A DNA stretch of 64,000 nucleotides from positions 1,280,001 through 1,344,000 of the forward strand of contig CALSNU010000001.1 in the NCBI GenBank assembly GCA_943787795.1. Direction: 5' to 3'. Numbering within the stretch: position 1 is the stretch's first letter; each line of letters opens with the position of its first letter. This DNA comes from an uncultured bacterium (GTDB lineage Bacteria; Planctomycetota; UBA1135; GCA-002686595). A program made the position numbers and the translations under genes. The notes under the pieces are model-generated. The model was not told the origin of the DNA and did no database searches. It worked only from the letters and a program-made list of their open reading frames with translations. This document shows positions 37,519 to 50,525 of this stretch, one piece after another.

Positions 37519-37989
37519 TCAGGCGAGCTCCTCCTTCACGGAGTAGCGCCACTCGAGGTCCGCCGGCGTCCAGTCGGAGAGCTCCGCGGCATCGGAGAAC
37601 CAGAGCCCGAGCTCGAACTTGGCGGTGTCCTCACCGTCGGAGGCGTGCACGAGGTTGTTCGAGAAGCTCATGCCAAGGTCGCCGCGGATCGTGCCGGGGG
37701 CCGCCTCTCGGGCGTTGGTCTTGCCCACGAGGGTGCGGACCACGGTGATGGCGTCCTTGCCCTCGAGGGCGATGGCGACGACGGGGCCGGAGGACATGAA
37801 GTCCACGAGGTTGGGGTAGAAGGGACGCTCCTTGTGCACCTCGTAGTGCTGCTCGAGCACCGAGCGGTCGAAGGTCCGCATCTTCAGCCCGACGATGCTG
37901 AGGCCCTTGGCCTCGAAGCGAGAGAGGATCGTGCCGACGAGGCCGCGCTGGACGGCATCGGGCTTGAGAAGGACGAGGGTGCGCTCCAC
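37519..37989 (-). CDS. ndk: Nucleoside diphosphate kinase
   Basis: ERTLVLLKPDAVQRGLVG, HYEVHKERPFY, PGTIRGD, NLVHASD. Confidence 0.98.
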   Translation of the reverse strand: MERTLVLLKPDAVQRGLVGTILSRFEAKGLSIVGLKMRTFDRSVLEQHYEVHKERPFYPNLVDFMSSGPVVAIALEGKDAITVVRTLVGKTNAREAAPGTIRGDLGMSFSNNLVHASDGEDTAKFELGLWFSDAAELSDWTPADLEWRYSVKEELA

Positions 37990-38072
37990 GAGGGGTCTCC
38001 GGAGGTATCTGGGTCTCGGATGGGTCTTCCCGACTCCCGCGGCGAGGGCGCAGGATGGCGATCGGGCGCGAG

Positions 38073-38078
38073 AGGATA
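38073..38078 (-). promoter_or_regulatory. Candidate -10 element (TATCCT) for ndk
   Basis: GCTATCCT on the minus strand; the same hexamer occurs upstream of the atp and rpmI operons. Confidence 0.4.
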
Positions 38079-38163
38079 GCGACCCTGGTGCCCCCGGCGG
38101 GTCTCCGAGTGGGGTGGGGCCATATTTTATTCCCAGGGGAGGAGGATTCGAGCTTTCGTCTGG

Positions 38164-38191
38164 TTGACCCAGGGACCTGCCTCCCTATCCT
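38164..38191 (+). promoter_or_regulatory. Candidate sigma70 promoter for the atp operon
   Basis: TTGACC-N16-TATCCT. Confidence 0.55.
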
Positions 38192-38371
38192 CGCTCGCAC
38201 ATTTCCGGATCAGCGGACGCCCTCGGCGCCCCCCGGACTTTCAAAACGGAAACGGACGATCCCCATCGTTCAGCCTCACTCCAAAGCCTCACTGTCGCTT
38301 CGGGGCGCTCTCCCCGCAGGATCCCTGCGGGGGCCTGGCGCTCGTGAGCCCCTCAACACGCCGAATCCGGA

Positions 38372-38662
38372 ATGTCGACCAGCAATGATCCCTCGGGCCC
38401 TCCCGGCCCGGATCTCGCCAGCGACCGTCCGCCGTCGGAGGGCTCAGTCCCGAACGTGCCGGGTGCGGAGTGGGTTGGAGAGCAGCGCGAAGTCGGCAAG
38501 GCGGCGGGCGCAGGGCTCCAGTTCGGCCTCACCATCTGCATCTTCGCAGTCGCCGGGCTCTGGCTGGATGGACGATTCGGTACCGACCCCTGGCTGCTGG
38601 TGACGGGCGTACTGCTCTCGTTCTTCGGTGGCACCGTCTCCCTCATCAAAAAGTACAGCTGA
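38372..38662 (+). CDS. AtpZ/AtpI family protein (ATPase gene 1)
   Basis: GLQFGLTI..GLWLDGRFGTDPWLLVTG; first gene of the atp operon. Confidence 0.9.
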   Translation: MSTSNDPSGPPGPDLASDRPPSEGSVPNVPGAEWVGEQREVGKAAGAGLQFGLTICIFAVAGLWLDGRFGTDPWLLVTGVLLSFFGGTVSLIKKYS

Positions 38663-38759
38663 TCGCCCTGCGGTCTCCCTCGACGCGACCCCAAGTCCGC
38701 CGCTCCTGAACCCAGGGGCACCCTCCAAAGCCCCCCAAGCTCAAGGCCCCACAAGCATC

Positions 38760-39224
38760 GTGCAGCGCGCCACCCTCTCCGCCCTGATCGCCGTCGCCCT
38801 CGGCGTCGGCTTCGTCTACCTCCGTGGGGAAGGCCTGGATCTGGTGTCGGTCGGCGTGCTCGGTGGAACCTGCCTGGGCTCGGCAGCCGCGCTGCTCTCG
38901 CACTCACTGGTCTCGGCGGCCATGCAACTGCAGTCCGACAAGGCGCTGCAATTTGTGCTCGCTGGCTTCGGCGTGAAGGCCGTCGGAGCGATCGCCCCCT
39001 GGGCCGTGCTCGCCTTCTGGGCGCCCGCGGCTGGCGTCGCGGACTCCGCGTCTTACGTCCTCGGTTACATCGCCGCTGCCCTGCTCGTGCTGGGCGCCGG
39101 CGTCATTGATCATCTCCGCCTCGCGGCCGTCGTCTCGCATCAGCGAGCACGCGCCGGGATGGAAGGCGGCCTCACCCATCCGGTTCCCACTGGCTCCAGC
39201 GCACCGCTGGAGAGCGCGTCGTGA
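38760..39224 (+). CDS. ATP synthase I-like membrane protein
   Basis: Four hydrophobic segments, directly before atpB; GTG start uncertain. Confidence 0.65.
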   Translation: MQRATLSALIAVALGVGFVYLRGEGLDLVSVGVLGGTCLGSAAALLSHSLVSAAMQLQSDKALQFVLAGFGVKAVGAIAPWAVLAFWAPAAGVADSASYVLGYIAAALLVLGAGVIDHLRLAAVVSHQRARAGMEGGLTHPVPTGSSAPLESAS

Positions 39225-40243
39225 GCATCCTCCGCCCGCTGGCAATGCTGGCCGTTCTGGTCGGCGCCTGTTTTCTCACCCATCGTCATACGCCGCATCA
39301 CACGGCGTCTGAGGAGTCCCTCTTCTCGACGATCTTCATGCACGTCATCCCCGCGCCGGTCGTCGGCGCCCATGGGGACCACGGGCACGCGGAGGACGAC
39401 GAGATCGACCACTCCGGGACCGGAGCGGCCGTGGTGGAGGACCACGCCGACGAGCACCACCACGCTGAGCCGGCCCTGCACATCGGCCTCCCGGAGTTCC
39501 TCGGCGGCTTCGACGGTCACCCCACAAAGGAGGGGCACCAGCTCGTCGTCTACAACCTGCAGATCTTCCAGCTGGCGGCGCTGCTGATGATCCTCATCGG
39601 CTTCAGCGGGGTCCCGACCTATCTGCGCACCGGGCAAGGAGACACCACCTCGAAGCTGATGGCGGGCTTCTGCCTCTGGCTCCGGGATGACCTCGTCGAG
39701 CCGGCGATGGGCAAGGAGCTGAGCAACCGGTTCCTGCCGTTCATGATGTTCATCTTCTTCTTCATCATGTTCATGAACGTGATGGGGCTGACGCCGGCAT
39801 CGGTGACCCCCACGGCGAGCATCTTCGTGACCGGCGCCCTCGCCTTCATCACGTTCTCCACCATGATCATCGGCGGCATGATCGCCCAGGGCCCCGTGGC
39901 GTTCTTCAAGAACCTCGTGCCGCACGTGCCCCTGATCCTCTGGCCGCTGATGTTCGTCATCGAGCTGACCGGGCTCATCCTGAAGCCCGCGGCCCTGATG
40001 ATTCGACTCTTCGCCACCATGACGGGCGGCCACCTCGTGGTCCTCTCGTTCCTGGCGCTGATCTTCCTGTTCGGGCCCTTTGCCGGGAACTCGATGGGCA
40101 AGGCGCTCGCCATCAGCCCCGCCTGGGTCGGCTTCAGCGTCTTCGTCATGATCATCGAGGCCTTCGTGGCCCTGGTTCAGGCCTACATCTTCACCCTCCT
40201 CTCCTCGCTGTTCATCAGCGCCTCGATTCACCCCGAGCACTGA
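39221..40243 (+). CDS. atpB: F0 ATP synthase subunit a with His-rich N-terminal extension
   Basis: NVMGLTP, KPAALMIRLFATMTGGH, EAFVALVQAYIFTLLS. Confidence 0.96.
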   Translation: MSILRPLAMLAVLVGACFLTHRHTPHHTASEESLFSTIFMHVIPAPVVGAHGDHGHAEDDEIDHSGTGAAVVEDHADEHHHAEPALHIGLPEFLGGFDGHPTKEGHQLVVYNLQIFQLAALLMILIGFSGVPTYLRTGQGDTTSKLMAGFCLWLRDDLVEPAMGKELSNRFLPFMMFIFFFIMFMNVMGLTPASVTPTASIFVTGALAFITFSTMIIGGMIAQGPVAFFKNLVPHVPLILWPLMFVIELTGLILKPAALMIRLFATMTGGHLVVLSFLALIFLFGPFAGNSMGKALAISPAWVGFSVFVMIIEAFVALVQAYIFTLLSSLFISASIHPEH

Positions 40244-40335
40244 TCAGCGGGAGCCAAGGATCGAGCGTCCCCTCGGGGCGCCTCGCTCCAGCCCGTGTAA
40301 GGCCGACACCGCTCGGCCACCTTCGACCCTTCTGA

Positions 40336-40674
<339 letters not shown>

Positions 40675-40853
40675 GCTGCAGCGGTCCCCGGCCGGTCCGT
40701 CGGGCGCGCTGAGCGCGCCTGCGGACGGTCAGGTCGGACCGCTTGGAGAGGCGCCGCCCTGCGGAGCCCTCCCTCGACCCCAACTTTTCGACGCCGCGCT
40801 CGCGTGGCGCCCCGTCTGCGACTCCACGCCGGACCCCTTCCATTCAGGTCCCA

Positions 40854-41402
40854 ATGCCGCTTTTCACGAACATCCAGAGCCTTCCGCTCCTCGTCGCCGA
40901 GGGGGGAGGCTTCGACGTCTTCGATCCGAACGGCGCCGGCAACTTCCTCTGGACGCTGCTCATCTTCGCGCTCTCGTTTCCGCTCATGTGGAAGATGGTC
41001 TTCGGACCCATCGTGAGCGCCCTGATCGAGCGGGACGCCAAGGCCTCCGAGGCGATCCACGCCGCGGAAGCGGCCAGCGAGGCCGCCGAGCGCAGCCGCG
41101 CAGAGGTCGAGGTCGCCCTGGGGAATGCCAACGCCGAGGCGAAGAAGATCCTTGCGAGCGCCACCTCGCGGGCCGAGGCCCGTGAGCGCGACATCGTCGA
41201 CAACGCCAAGAAAGAGGCCGAGGCGATGATCGCCAAGGCCAAGGCGGACATCGACGGGGAGCGCGAGAAGGCGGTCGCCCAGATCCGCTCCGAGGTCGTC
41301 GAGCTCTCCATGATGGCCGCCACCCAGGTCCTCGGCCGCGCGGTCAGCGCGGACGACGACCGTCGGCTGGCCGAGGAAATCGTCAGCGCTTCGGGGAACT
41401 GA
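40854..41402 (+). CDS. atpF: F0 ATP synthase subunit b
   Basis: FLWTLLIF..FGPIVSALIER followed by an Ala/Glu-rich coiled coil. Confidence 0.95.
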   Translation: MPLFTNIQSLPLLVAEGGGFDVFDPNGAGNFLWTLLIFALSFPLMWKMVFGPIVSALIERDAKASEAIHAAEAASEAAERSRAEVEVALGNANAEAKKILASATSRAEARERDIVDNAKKEAEAMIAKAKADIDGEREKAVAQIRSEVVELSMMAATQVLGRAVSADDDRRLAEEIVSASGN

Positions 41403-41404
41403 TC

Positions 41405-41950
41405 GTGATCCTGGATCCCGTCACCAACCGCTGGGCCGATGCGCTCTTCGAGGTCGCCCGCAAGGCCGACGCCATGGAGGCCGTTCAGGCCGACACGGCC
41501 CGGCTCTCTGCGGAGGTCTCCTCTCCCAAGGTCGCTGCCTTCCTCTATGGAAGCAGCGTGCCGCAGGAGGAGCGTGTCAAGCGGGTCCAGCCGCTCCTTG
41601 AGCTGTTGCACCCGAAGACCCAGAGCTTCGTGCGACTGCTCTTCGAGCGTCGTCGCCAGGAGGTCCTCCAGGGCATCGGTGAGGCCTTCAAGCGCAAGGT
41701 CTACGAAGAGACCGGCCGCGTCGAAGGCGTCGTCGAGTCTCCCAGGGAGCTCTCTGCTGAAGATGTCTCCAAGCTTGAGTCCGCCGTCGGTGCCCGCATC
41801 GGCAAGACGGTGGTCCTCACCCAGCGCCAAGCCGCCGATCTGATCGGCGGCGTGCGCGTCATCGTCGGCGCCCGGCTCTTCGACGCGACGGTCAAGGGCC
41901 GCCTCGAGTCGATGCGCGAGCGCCTGATGTCAGCCGCACTCCCGGGCTGA
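41405..41950 (+). CDS. atpH: F1 ATP synthase subunit delta
   Basis: RWADALF, LIGGVRVIVGARLFDATVKGRL; position in operon. Confidence 0.95.
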   Translation: MILDPVTNRWADALFEVARKADAMEAVQADTARLSAEVSSPKVAAFLYGSSVPQEERVKRVQPLLELLHPKTQSFVRLLFERRRQEVLQGIGEAFKRKVYEETGRVEGVVESPRELSAEDVSKLESAVGARIGKTVVLTQRQAADLIGGVRVIVGARLFDATVKGRLESMRERLMSAALPG

Positions 41951-42040
41951 TCACTCTGCTGCCTCTGGGCGGCACCCCAAGAACACACCAAGACGTCCAC
42001 CACGACACCCGCCCTCGCGACTGGCCAGGGCAAACCAACC

Positions 42041-43609
42041 ATGGATCTCCGACCCGCCGAAGTGACCTCGATCCTCGAGAAGGAAATTGAGGAGTTCAGC
42101 CAGGACAGTGGCATGCAGAGCGTGGGCACCGTGCTCAGCGTCGGTGACGGCGTCGCCCGCGTGTACGGTCTCGACGACTGCGTCATGAACGAGCTCCTCG
42201 AGTTCGAGGGCGGCGTCCGCGGCGTCGCGCTCAACCTCGAGGAGGACAACGTCGGCTGCGTGCTCCTGGGCTCCGCCACGGAGGTCAAGGAAGGCCAGCA
42301 GGTGAAGGGCACCGGGCGGATCATCTCCGTGCCGACGGGCGACAAGCTCCTCGGACGCGTGGTGAACGCGCTGGGCGACCCGGTCGACGGCAAGGGGCCG
42401 CTGGGGACCAGCGACGCTGACCTCCGGCCCATCGAGCAGGACGCCCCCTCCGTGGTGGAGCGTCAGCCGGTGGACCAGCCGCTGCAGACGGGCATCAAGG
42501 CCATCGACGCCATGATCCCGATCGGCCGCGGCCAGCGCGAGCTCATCATCGGCGACCGCCAGACGGGCAAGACCGCGCTCCTCGTGGACACAATCCTGTC
42601 GCAGCGGACCACCGGCGGCGGTGACCCGACCAACCCCGAGCAGGTCATCTGCATCTACGTGGCGGTCGGGCAGAAGCAGTCCACGGTGGTCGACATCGTG
42701 CGTCGCCTCGAGTCCGAGGACGCCATGAAGTACACGATCGTGGTCAGCGCGTCCGCGATCGACGAGGCCTCCATGCAGTACCTCGCGTGCTACGGGGGCT
42801 GCGCCATGGGCGAGCGGTTCCGCGACGAGGGCCGCCATGTCGTCATCTTCTACGACGACCTCTACAAGCAGGCATTGGCCTACCGCCAGGTCATGCTGCT
42901 GCTCCGCCGCCCGCCGGGCCGCGAGGCGTTCCCGGGCGACGTGTTCAACCTGCACAGCCGCCTCCTCGAGCGCGCGGCGAAGCTCGCGGACAATGCTCCT
43001 GAGATCAACCCGCGCTTCTCCGCCGGCGGTGGCACGCTCACTGCGCTGCCCGTTGTGGAGACCCAGGAGGGTGACGTTTCGGCATACATCCCGACCAACG
43101 TCATCTCGATCACCGACGGCCAGATCTTCCTCGAGGGCAACCTCTTCAACGCTGGCATCCGCCCCGCGGTGAACGCCGGCATCTCGGTGTCGCGGGTTGG
43201 CGGTGCGGCGCAGATCCCGCCCATGAAGAAGACGGCTGGTTCTCTCCGGCTCGACCTCGCCCAGTTCCGTGAGCTGCAGGCTTTCGCCCAGTTTGGGTCG
43301 GACCTGGACAAGGCCACGCAGGCCAAGCTGACCCGGGGTGAGCGTCTGGTGGAGGTCCTGAAGCAGGGCCAGTACCGCCCGGTCGAGGTCGCCAACCAGG
43401 TCATGATCATCTACGCGGGAACCTCTGGTGCCCTCGACGGTATCCCGGCCAACAAGGTCGGCGAGTTCGAGGCGCAGTACCTCGACTACGTGAACGACAC
43501 GCACCCCGAGGTCGCCCAGCAGATCCGGGACGCGAAGAAGGACATCCCGGCAGAGGTCAAGTCGATCCTCGACGAGGCGGCCAAGACGGTCGCCGCGCAG
43601 ATCGCCTGA
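42041..43609 (+). CDS. atpA: F1 ATP synthase subunit alpha
   Basis: [51 protein letters not shown]. Confidence 0.99.
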   Translation: MDLRPAEVTSILEKEIEEFSQDSGMQSVGTVLSVGDGVARVYGLDDCVMNELLEFEGGVRGVALNLEEDNVGCVLLGSATEVKEGQQVKGTGRIISVPTGDKLLGRVVNALGDPVDGKGPLGTSDADLRPIEQDAPSVVERQPVDQPLQTGIKAIDAMIPIGRGQRELIIGDRQTGKTALLVDTILSQRTTGGGDPTNPEQVICIYVAVGQKQSTVVDIVRRLESEDAMKYTIVVSASAIDEASMQYLACYGGCAMGERFRDEGRHVVIFYDDLYKQALAYRQVMLLLRRPPGREAFPGDVFNLHSRLLERAAKLADNAPEINPRFSAGGGTLTALPVVETQEGDVSAYIPTNVISITDGQIFLEGNLFNAGIRPAVNAGISVSRVGGAAQIPPMKKTAGSLRLDLAQFRELQAFAQFGSDLDKATQAKLTRGERLVEVLKQGQYRPVEVANQVMIIYAGTSGALDGIPANKVGEFEAQYLDYVNDTHPEVAQQIRDAKKDIPAEVKSILDEAAKTVAAQIA

Positions 43610-43653
43610 TCACTCCACTCCGCAGCTCCTCCGAAACCACTTCGAGATAGCGC

Positions 43654-46054
<2,401 letters not shown>

Positions 46055-46094
46055 GCCCGTCGCTTCGCTCCCAACCACCTCTCCCAAGAGAAGC

Positions 46095-46517
46095 ATGGCA
46101 GGCCCCATCTCACTCCGCGTTATCACGCCCGAAGCTGTCGCCCTCGACACGACGTGCTCCTCCATCAGCTTCCCGACGACCGACGGGTCGGTGGGGGTGC
46201 TGAAGGGGCACGCTCCGATGGTCGCGGCCCTCGGTGTCGGCGAACTCCTGATCCGTGGTGACGCCGCTGACAACGCGATGTTCATCGCGGGCGGGTTCGC
46301 TGAGGTTCGCGACAACGTGGTTCGCGTCGTGACCGACGTCTCCGAGCCGCCCACCGAGATCGACGTGGAGCGCGCCTCGAGGGCCGCCGAACGCGCTCGC
46401 GCGCGGCTCGAGACCAGCGAGTCGGTGGAGGGCGAGCACCTTGACGTGCTCCGCGCCCGCGCGTCGCTGTCCCGCGCGATCATGCGTCAGCAGATCGCGA
46501 CCAAGTACCGCCGCTGA
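46095..46517 (+). CDS. atpC: F1 ATP synthase subunit epsilon
   Basis: LRVITPE, GVLKGHAPM, GGFAEV, EIDVERA. Confidence 0.97.
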   Translation: MAGPISLRVITPEAVALDTTCSSISFPTTDGSVGVLKGHAPMVAALGVGELLIRGDAADNAMFIAGGFAEVRDNVVRVVTDVSEPPTEIDVERASRAAERARARLETSESVEGEHLDVLRARASLSRAIMRQQIATKYRR

Positions 46518-48346
46518 TGTCGGGCGCCAACGAGCGGGCCGGCTGGCAGCGAACCCACACCTGCGGCGAGCTCCGGGAGGAGCACGCCGGATCGACGTCC
46601 GTCCTCAACGGCTGGGTCGCGAGCCGCCGCAACCTGGGCGGGATCTACTTCATCGACGTCCGGGATCGCTACGGCGTGACCCAGGTCGTGCTGCCCGAGG
46701 ACCTCGACGCGTCGGCCAAATTGGCGCGGGAGGACTGCATCTCGGTGACCGGGGAGGTCACCCTGCGTGAGGCGCCCAACGATCGCATGCCCACGGGTAT
46801 GGTGGAGCTGCGGGCGGCGTCGGTGGAGAAGCTCTCGGCCTCGAAGACCCCGCCATTCGAGATCGAGGAGAACCTCGACACCTCGGTGGAGCTGCGGCTC
46901 AAGCACCGCTACCTCGACCTCCGGCGCCCCGACATGCAGCGGGCGCTGATGCACCGCAGCCGCTTCATCGGCGCGATGCGCGCGGCCTTCCTGGCCCGCG
47001 AGTTTGCCGAGGTGGAGACGCCGATTCTGACCAAGGCGACGCCCGAAGGCGCTCGGGACTACCTGGTCCCCAGCCGCGTCCACCCCGGCGACTTCTACGC
47101 GCTCCCCCAGAGCCCGCAGATCTTCAAGCAGATCCTGATGGTCTCGGGCATGGACCGCTACTTCCAGGTGGCGCGCTGCTTCCGCGACGAGGACCTGCGC
47201 GCGGACCGCCAGCCGGAGTTCACCCAGCTCGACATGGAGATGTCCTTTGTCGAGGAGGAGGACGTCTACGCCGCATGGGAGGGGGTCCTGGCGGACACCT
47301 TCAAGGGGTCCATGGGGGTGGAGCTGCCGACGCCGTTCCCGCGGGTGACCTGGCGAGAAGCCATGGAGCGCTTCGGGTCGGACAAGCCGGACACGCGCTT
47401 CGCCATGGAGCTCGTCGACGTGGCCGAGTGGGTCGGCGTCAGCGGCTTCGGGGTCTTCGAGAAGATGATCGCCGATGGCAAGCGCGTGATGGCGATCGCC
47501 GTCCCGGGCGGCGGTGAGGCCGTCTCCCGCGGCAACATGAAGAAGCTCGAGGAGGTCGCCAAGACCTATGGCGCCAAAGGCCTCGCGTGGTGGAAGCCCG
47601 GGGTCGAGGGCGGCGCCGGCGGCTCCATCGTGAAGTTCTGCCAGGGCGACTCGGGGGCCAAGCTCTGCGAGGTCACCGGCGCTGCTGAGGGCGACCTGGT
47701 CCTGCTGGTGGGGGACGTCGAGTCCACCACCTGGCGCTCCCTCGGCGCCCTGCGCCTGCACGTGGCCCGCGAGCTCGGGATGATTCCCGGGGTCGACGGC
47801 GCGGACGCAGGCTCCACGGGCCCCTGGAACTTCCTGTGGGTCACGGAATTCCCCATGTTCGAGCGTGACGAGGAGCCCGCGGACGGCGGCCCGCCGCGCT
47901 GGGTCTCCCTGCACCACCCCTTCACGGCGCCCGCCGACTGGGACATGCCCGGGGACCCCGGCTCCATGGGGAGCCGCGCCTACGACCTGGTCCTGAACGG
48001 ATGGGAGCTCGGCTCCGGTTCCATTCGGATCCACCGCCAGGCGACCCAGGAGAAGGTCTTTGACCTGCTCGGCCTCGACGAGGCCCAGCAGCAGGCCAAG
48101 TTCGGCTTCCTGTTGGACGCGCTCTCCTACGGCCCCCCGCCCCACGGCGGCTTCGCGGTCGGTCTGGATCGGATCGTGGCCCTGACCCTGGGCATGGAGT
48201 CGATCCGCGATGTGGTCGCCTTCCCCAAGACGGCCTCCGCCACCGATTTGATGTGCGACGCCCCGAGCAGCGTCGAGCCCCATCAGATGGGGGACCTCTA
48301 CATTCGTCACGACGGCCTGCCCTCAGCGGGCGGATCCGACTCTTGA
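46517..48346 (+). CDS. aspS: Aspartate--tRNA ligase
   Basis: RTHTCGELR, RYLDLRR, TPEGARDYLVPSR, ALPQSPQ, FRDEDLRADRQPEFTQLD, PPHGGFAVGLDR. Confidence 0.99.
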   Translation: MSGANERAGWQRTHTCGELREEHAGSTSVLNGWVASRRNLGGIYFIDVRDRYGVTQVVLPEDLDASAKLAREDCISVTGEVTLREAPNDRMPTGMVELRAASVEKLSASKTPPFEIEENLDTSVELRLKHRYLDLRRPDMQRALMHRSRFIGAMRAAFLAREFAEVETPILTKATPEGARDYLVPSRVHPGDFYALPQSPQIFKQILMVSGMDRYFQVARCFRDEDLRADRQPEFTQLDMEMSFVEEEDVYAAWEGVLADTFKGSMGVELPTPFPRVTWREAMERFGSDKPDTRFAMELVDVAEWVGVSGFGVFEKMIADGKRVMAIAVPGGGEAVSRGNMKKLEEVAKTYGAKGLAWWKPGVEGGAGGSIVKFCQGDSGAKLCEVTGAAEGDLVLLVGDVESTTWRSLGALRLHVARELGMIPGVDGADAGSTGPWNFLWVTEFPMFERDEEPADGGPPRWVSLHHPFTAPADWDMPGDPGSMGSRAYDLVLNGWELGSGSIRIHRQATQEKVFDLLGLDEAQQQAKFGFLLDALSYGPPPHGGFAVGLDRIVALTLGMESIRDVVAFPKTASATDLMCDAPSSVEPHQMGDLYIRHDGLPSAGGSDS

Positions 48347-48593
48347 GCCGCGCCCACGGGCCGGCTGAGGTGGTCGATCGAGGCAGCCCCCGGGGCGCCT
48401 CGGCGGCCCATGAACGGGCCACCGGCCCGGCCGCCCTTCGGCGGCATTTGCCCGCAGCCTGCAATCCTTGCGGGTCTTCGCGGGACTCGTCTATGGCCGG
48501 ATGGCAGCATCCGGACTATCGTCTTTGAACCTTCCTGGTCGCGGCCGCTCGAGGTGAGCTGCCGGGCCCCACGCAACCCGAAGAGGAAACTAC

Positions 48594-49202
48594 TTGGCCG
48601 TCCAGAGCTTTCGACGCAACCGCCGCATCCGCGTTCCTGAGGTCCGCTTGATCGATGAGAACGGTGACCAGGCTGGCGTCGTATCCACAAAGGACGCGCT
48701 GCAGCGCGCCCAGGAGGCGGGGCTCGACCTCGTCGAGGTCGCGCCCACGGCTCGTCCACCGGTCTGCAAGATCCTCGACTGGGGCAAGTTCAACTACGAG
48801 CAATCGAAGAAGAACAAGCGCGACAAGGGGAGCTCGAAGGGCAAGTCTGGCCTGAAGGAGCTGCGCGTGCGCCCGGCGATCTCGGAGCACGACCTGTCGT
48901 ACCGACTGACGGACGGGCGCAAGTTCCTGGACGAGGGTCACAAGGTGCTCTGCGTCTGCATCTTCAAGGGGCGCCAGATGGCCCACCCCGAGCACGGCTA
49001 CGACGTGATGCGTCAGGTCGCCGCCGACCTGGTCGACATCTCCAAGGTCGAGATGCCGGCGAAGATGATGGGCCGACGCATGACCATGCTCCTCAGCCCG
49101 TTGCCCCTGACCCAGCGGCGCGCCGCTGCCAAGGAGCGAGAGCAGAAGAAGCGCGACGCCGAGATCGCCCGCGAGCGCGGCGAAGACGTCCCCGAGGCCT
49201 GA
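48594..49202 (+). CDS. infC: Translation initiation factor IF-3 (TTG start)
   Basis: IRVPEVRLIDENG, LDLVEVAP..PPVCKILDWGKF, KELRVRP; AGAGGA Shine-Dalgarno 6 nt before TTG. Confidence 0.97.
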   Translation: MAVQSFRRNRRIRVPEVRLIDENGDQAGVVSTKDALQRAQEAGLDLVEVAPTARPPVCKILDWGKFNYEQSKKNKRDKGSSKGKSGLKELRVRPAISEHDLSYRLTDGRKFLDEGHKVLCVCIFKGRQMAHPEHGYDVMRQVAADLVDISKVEMPAKMMGRRMTMLLSPLPLTQRRAAAKEREQKKRDAEIARERGEDVPEA

Positions 49203-49507
49203 GTGCTGCGGGCGCCGCCTCGGTGTCCTCTCCATCGGGCCGCAGGGCCCTGGACTGACGGCATCCTTACGGGAGTCGCCGGCGAACCGCTTCTCGTACG
49301 GCTGCTGCCCCTAACGATGTCTCGAGGTCAGCCTGCGCGCTCCTTCGCGGCCCATCGGGCGGGGGTCTTCCCTGCCCCGGCGGTTGCGCCGACCGTCTGG
49401 GACCCTTGCGGATGCGGCCCCCGCCCCGTTCACTGTGAGTCTGATCCCGCGCCGCGCCTGGCCGGATCCCAACCCCCGGTCCACACGACCCCTTTCCAAC
49501 AATCCCC

Positions 49508-50428
49508 ATGCGAGCTCTCTTCACTGCGCTGATCGCCGCCTTCGCGATCTCCGCCGCCTTCGCGGCCTCGGTTTCAGTCGACTCGGTCAACAAGAAGTGC
49601 CCCATCAGCGACATGCCGGTGAAGGAGGGCGTCGTGGTCTCCACGGCCGACGGTGACATTGGGGTCTGCTGTGGCGGCTGCCAGAAGAAGGTCGCCGCTT
49701 GGGACGACTCCAAGAAGGCGAAGTTCGTGGCCAACGCCACCGCGTCGAAGTCGGACGACAGCGGCGCCAAGAAGGCCGCCAAGACCGGTGGCGACGCCAA
49801 GACCTGGTCCGAGCCCTACCTCCTCAGCACCTGCGCCGCCTCGGGCCGCCCGATCGACGTCAAGGGCACGCCCACGACGAAGGTGATCGACGGCCGTGAG
49901 CTGAAGTTCTGCTGCGGGGGCTGTGCCGCCGCCGTCGCGAAGGACCCCGCCAAGTGGCTCCCCAAGGTCGACAAGGCCATCACGGCACGTCAGATGGGGA
50001 TCTACCCGACCACGACCTGCATCGTCAGCGGTGAGCCGCTGATGGAGGACGGGAAGGACACCGGTGTCTCGATGGTCATCAACAACCGCCTCTTCCGCGT
50101 CTGCTGCAAGATGTGCGCGCGCAAGGTGACGGCGGATCCGGCCAAGTACGCGGCCAAGCTGGACGCCATGGCCATGAAGGGCCAGGCCAAGGCCTATCCC
50201 CTCAAGACCTGCGTGGTCGCGAGCACCAACGCCCTCGGAGACGCTCCGAAGCAGATGATGGTGGGCGGCCGCCTCGTGCAGACCTGCTGCGGCGGTTGCG
50301 CGAAGAAGGTGGAGGCGAACCCCGCCAAGTACGTCGCCATCGTGGACGCGGCCTGGGCCAAGACCAAGGCCGTCTCGGCCGCGGACGGCGCAGCGAAGAA
50401 GGCCGGCAAGACCGACGCTGACGGCTGA
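49508..50428 (+). CDS. Secreted protein with four YHS/TRASH-like Cys-rich metal-binding domains
   Basis: Signal peptide; four C-x(21-27)-CCxxC units, three followed by [D/N]PAK[W/Y]. Confidence 0.88.
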   Translation: MRALFTALIAAFAISAAFAASVSVDSVNKKCPISDMPVKEGVVVSTADGDIGVCCGGCQKKVAAWDDSKKAKFVANATASKSDDSGAKKAAKTGGDAKTWSEPYLLSTCAASGRPIDVKGTPTTKVIDGRELKFCCGGCAAAVAKDPAKWLPKVDKAITARQMGIYPTTTCIVSGEPLMEDGKDTGVSMVINNRLFRVCCKMCARKVTADPAKYAAKLDAMAMKGQAKAYPLKTCVVASTNALGDAPKQMMVGGRLVQTCCGGCAKKVEANPAKYVAIVDAAWAKTKAVSAADGAAKKAGKTDADG

Positions 50429-50525
50429 GCTACTGGCTGAGCCCCGGCTGACCCCCCGGCTGACCCCCCGGCTGACCCCCCCGGCTGACCCCCCAGCTGA
50501 ACCCCCAGCTGAACCCTTAGCTGGG
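50423..50525. repeat. ~12-bp tandem repeat array, about 8 copies (GGCTGACCCCCC drifting to AGCTGAACCCCC)
   Basis: Directly visible; the first unit contains the TGA stop of the upstream gene. Confidence 0.95.

Noticed and set aside
50423..50525. CRISPR array
   Set aside because: Units are ~12 bp and contiguous with no unique spacers; no cas genes in the window
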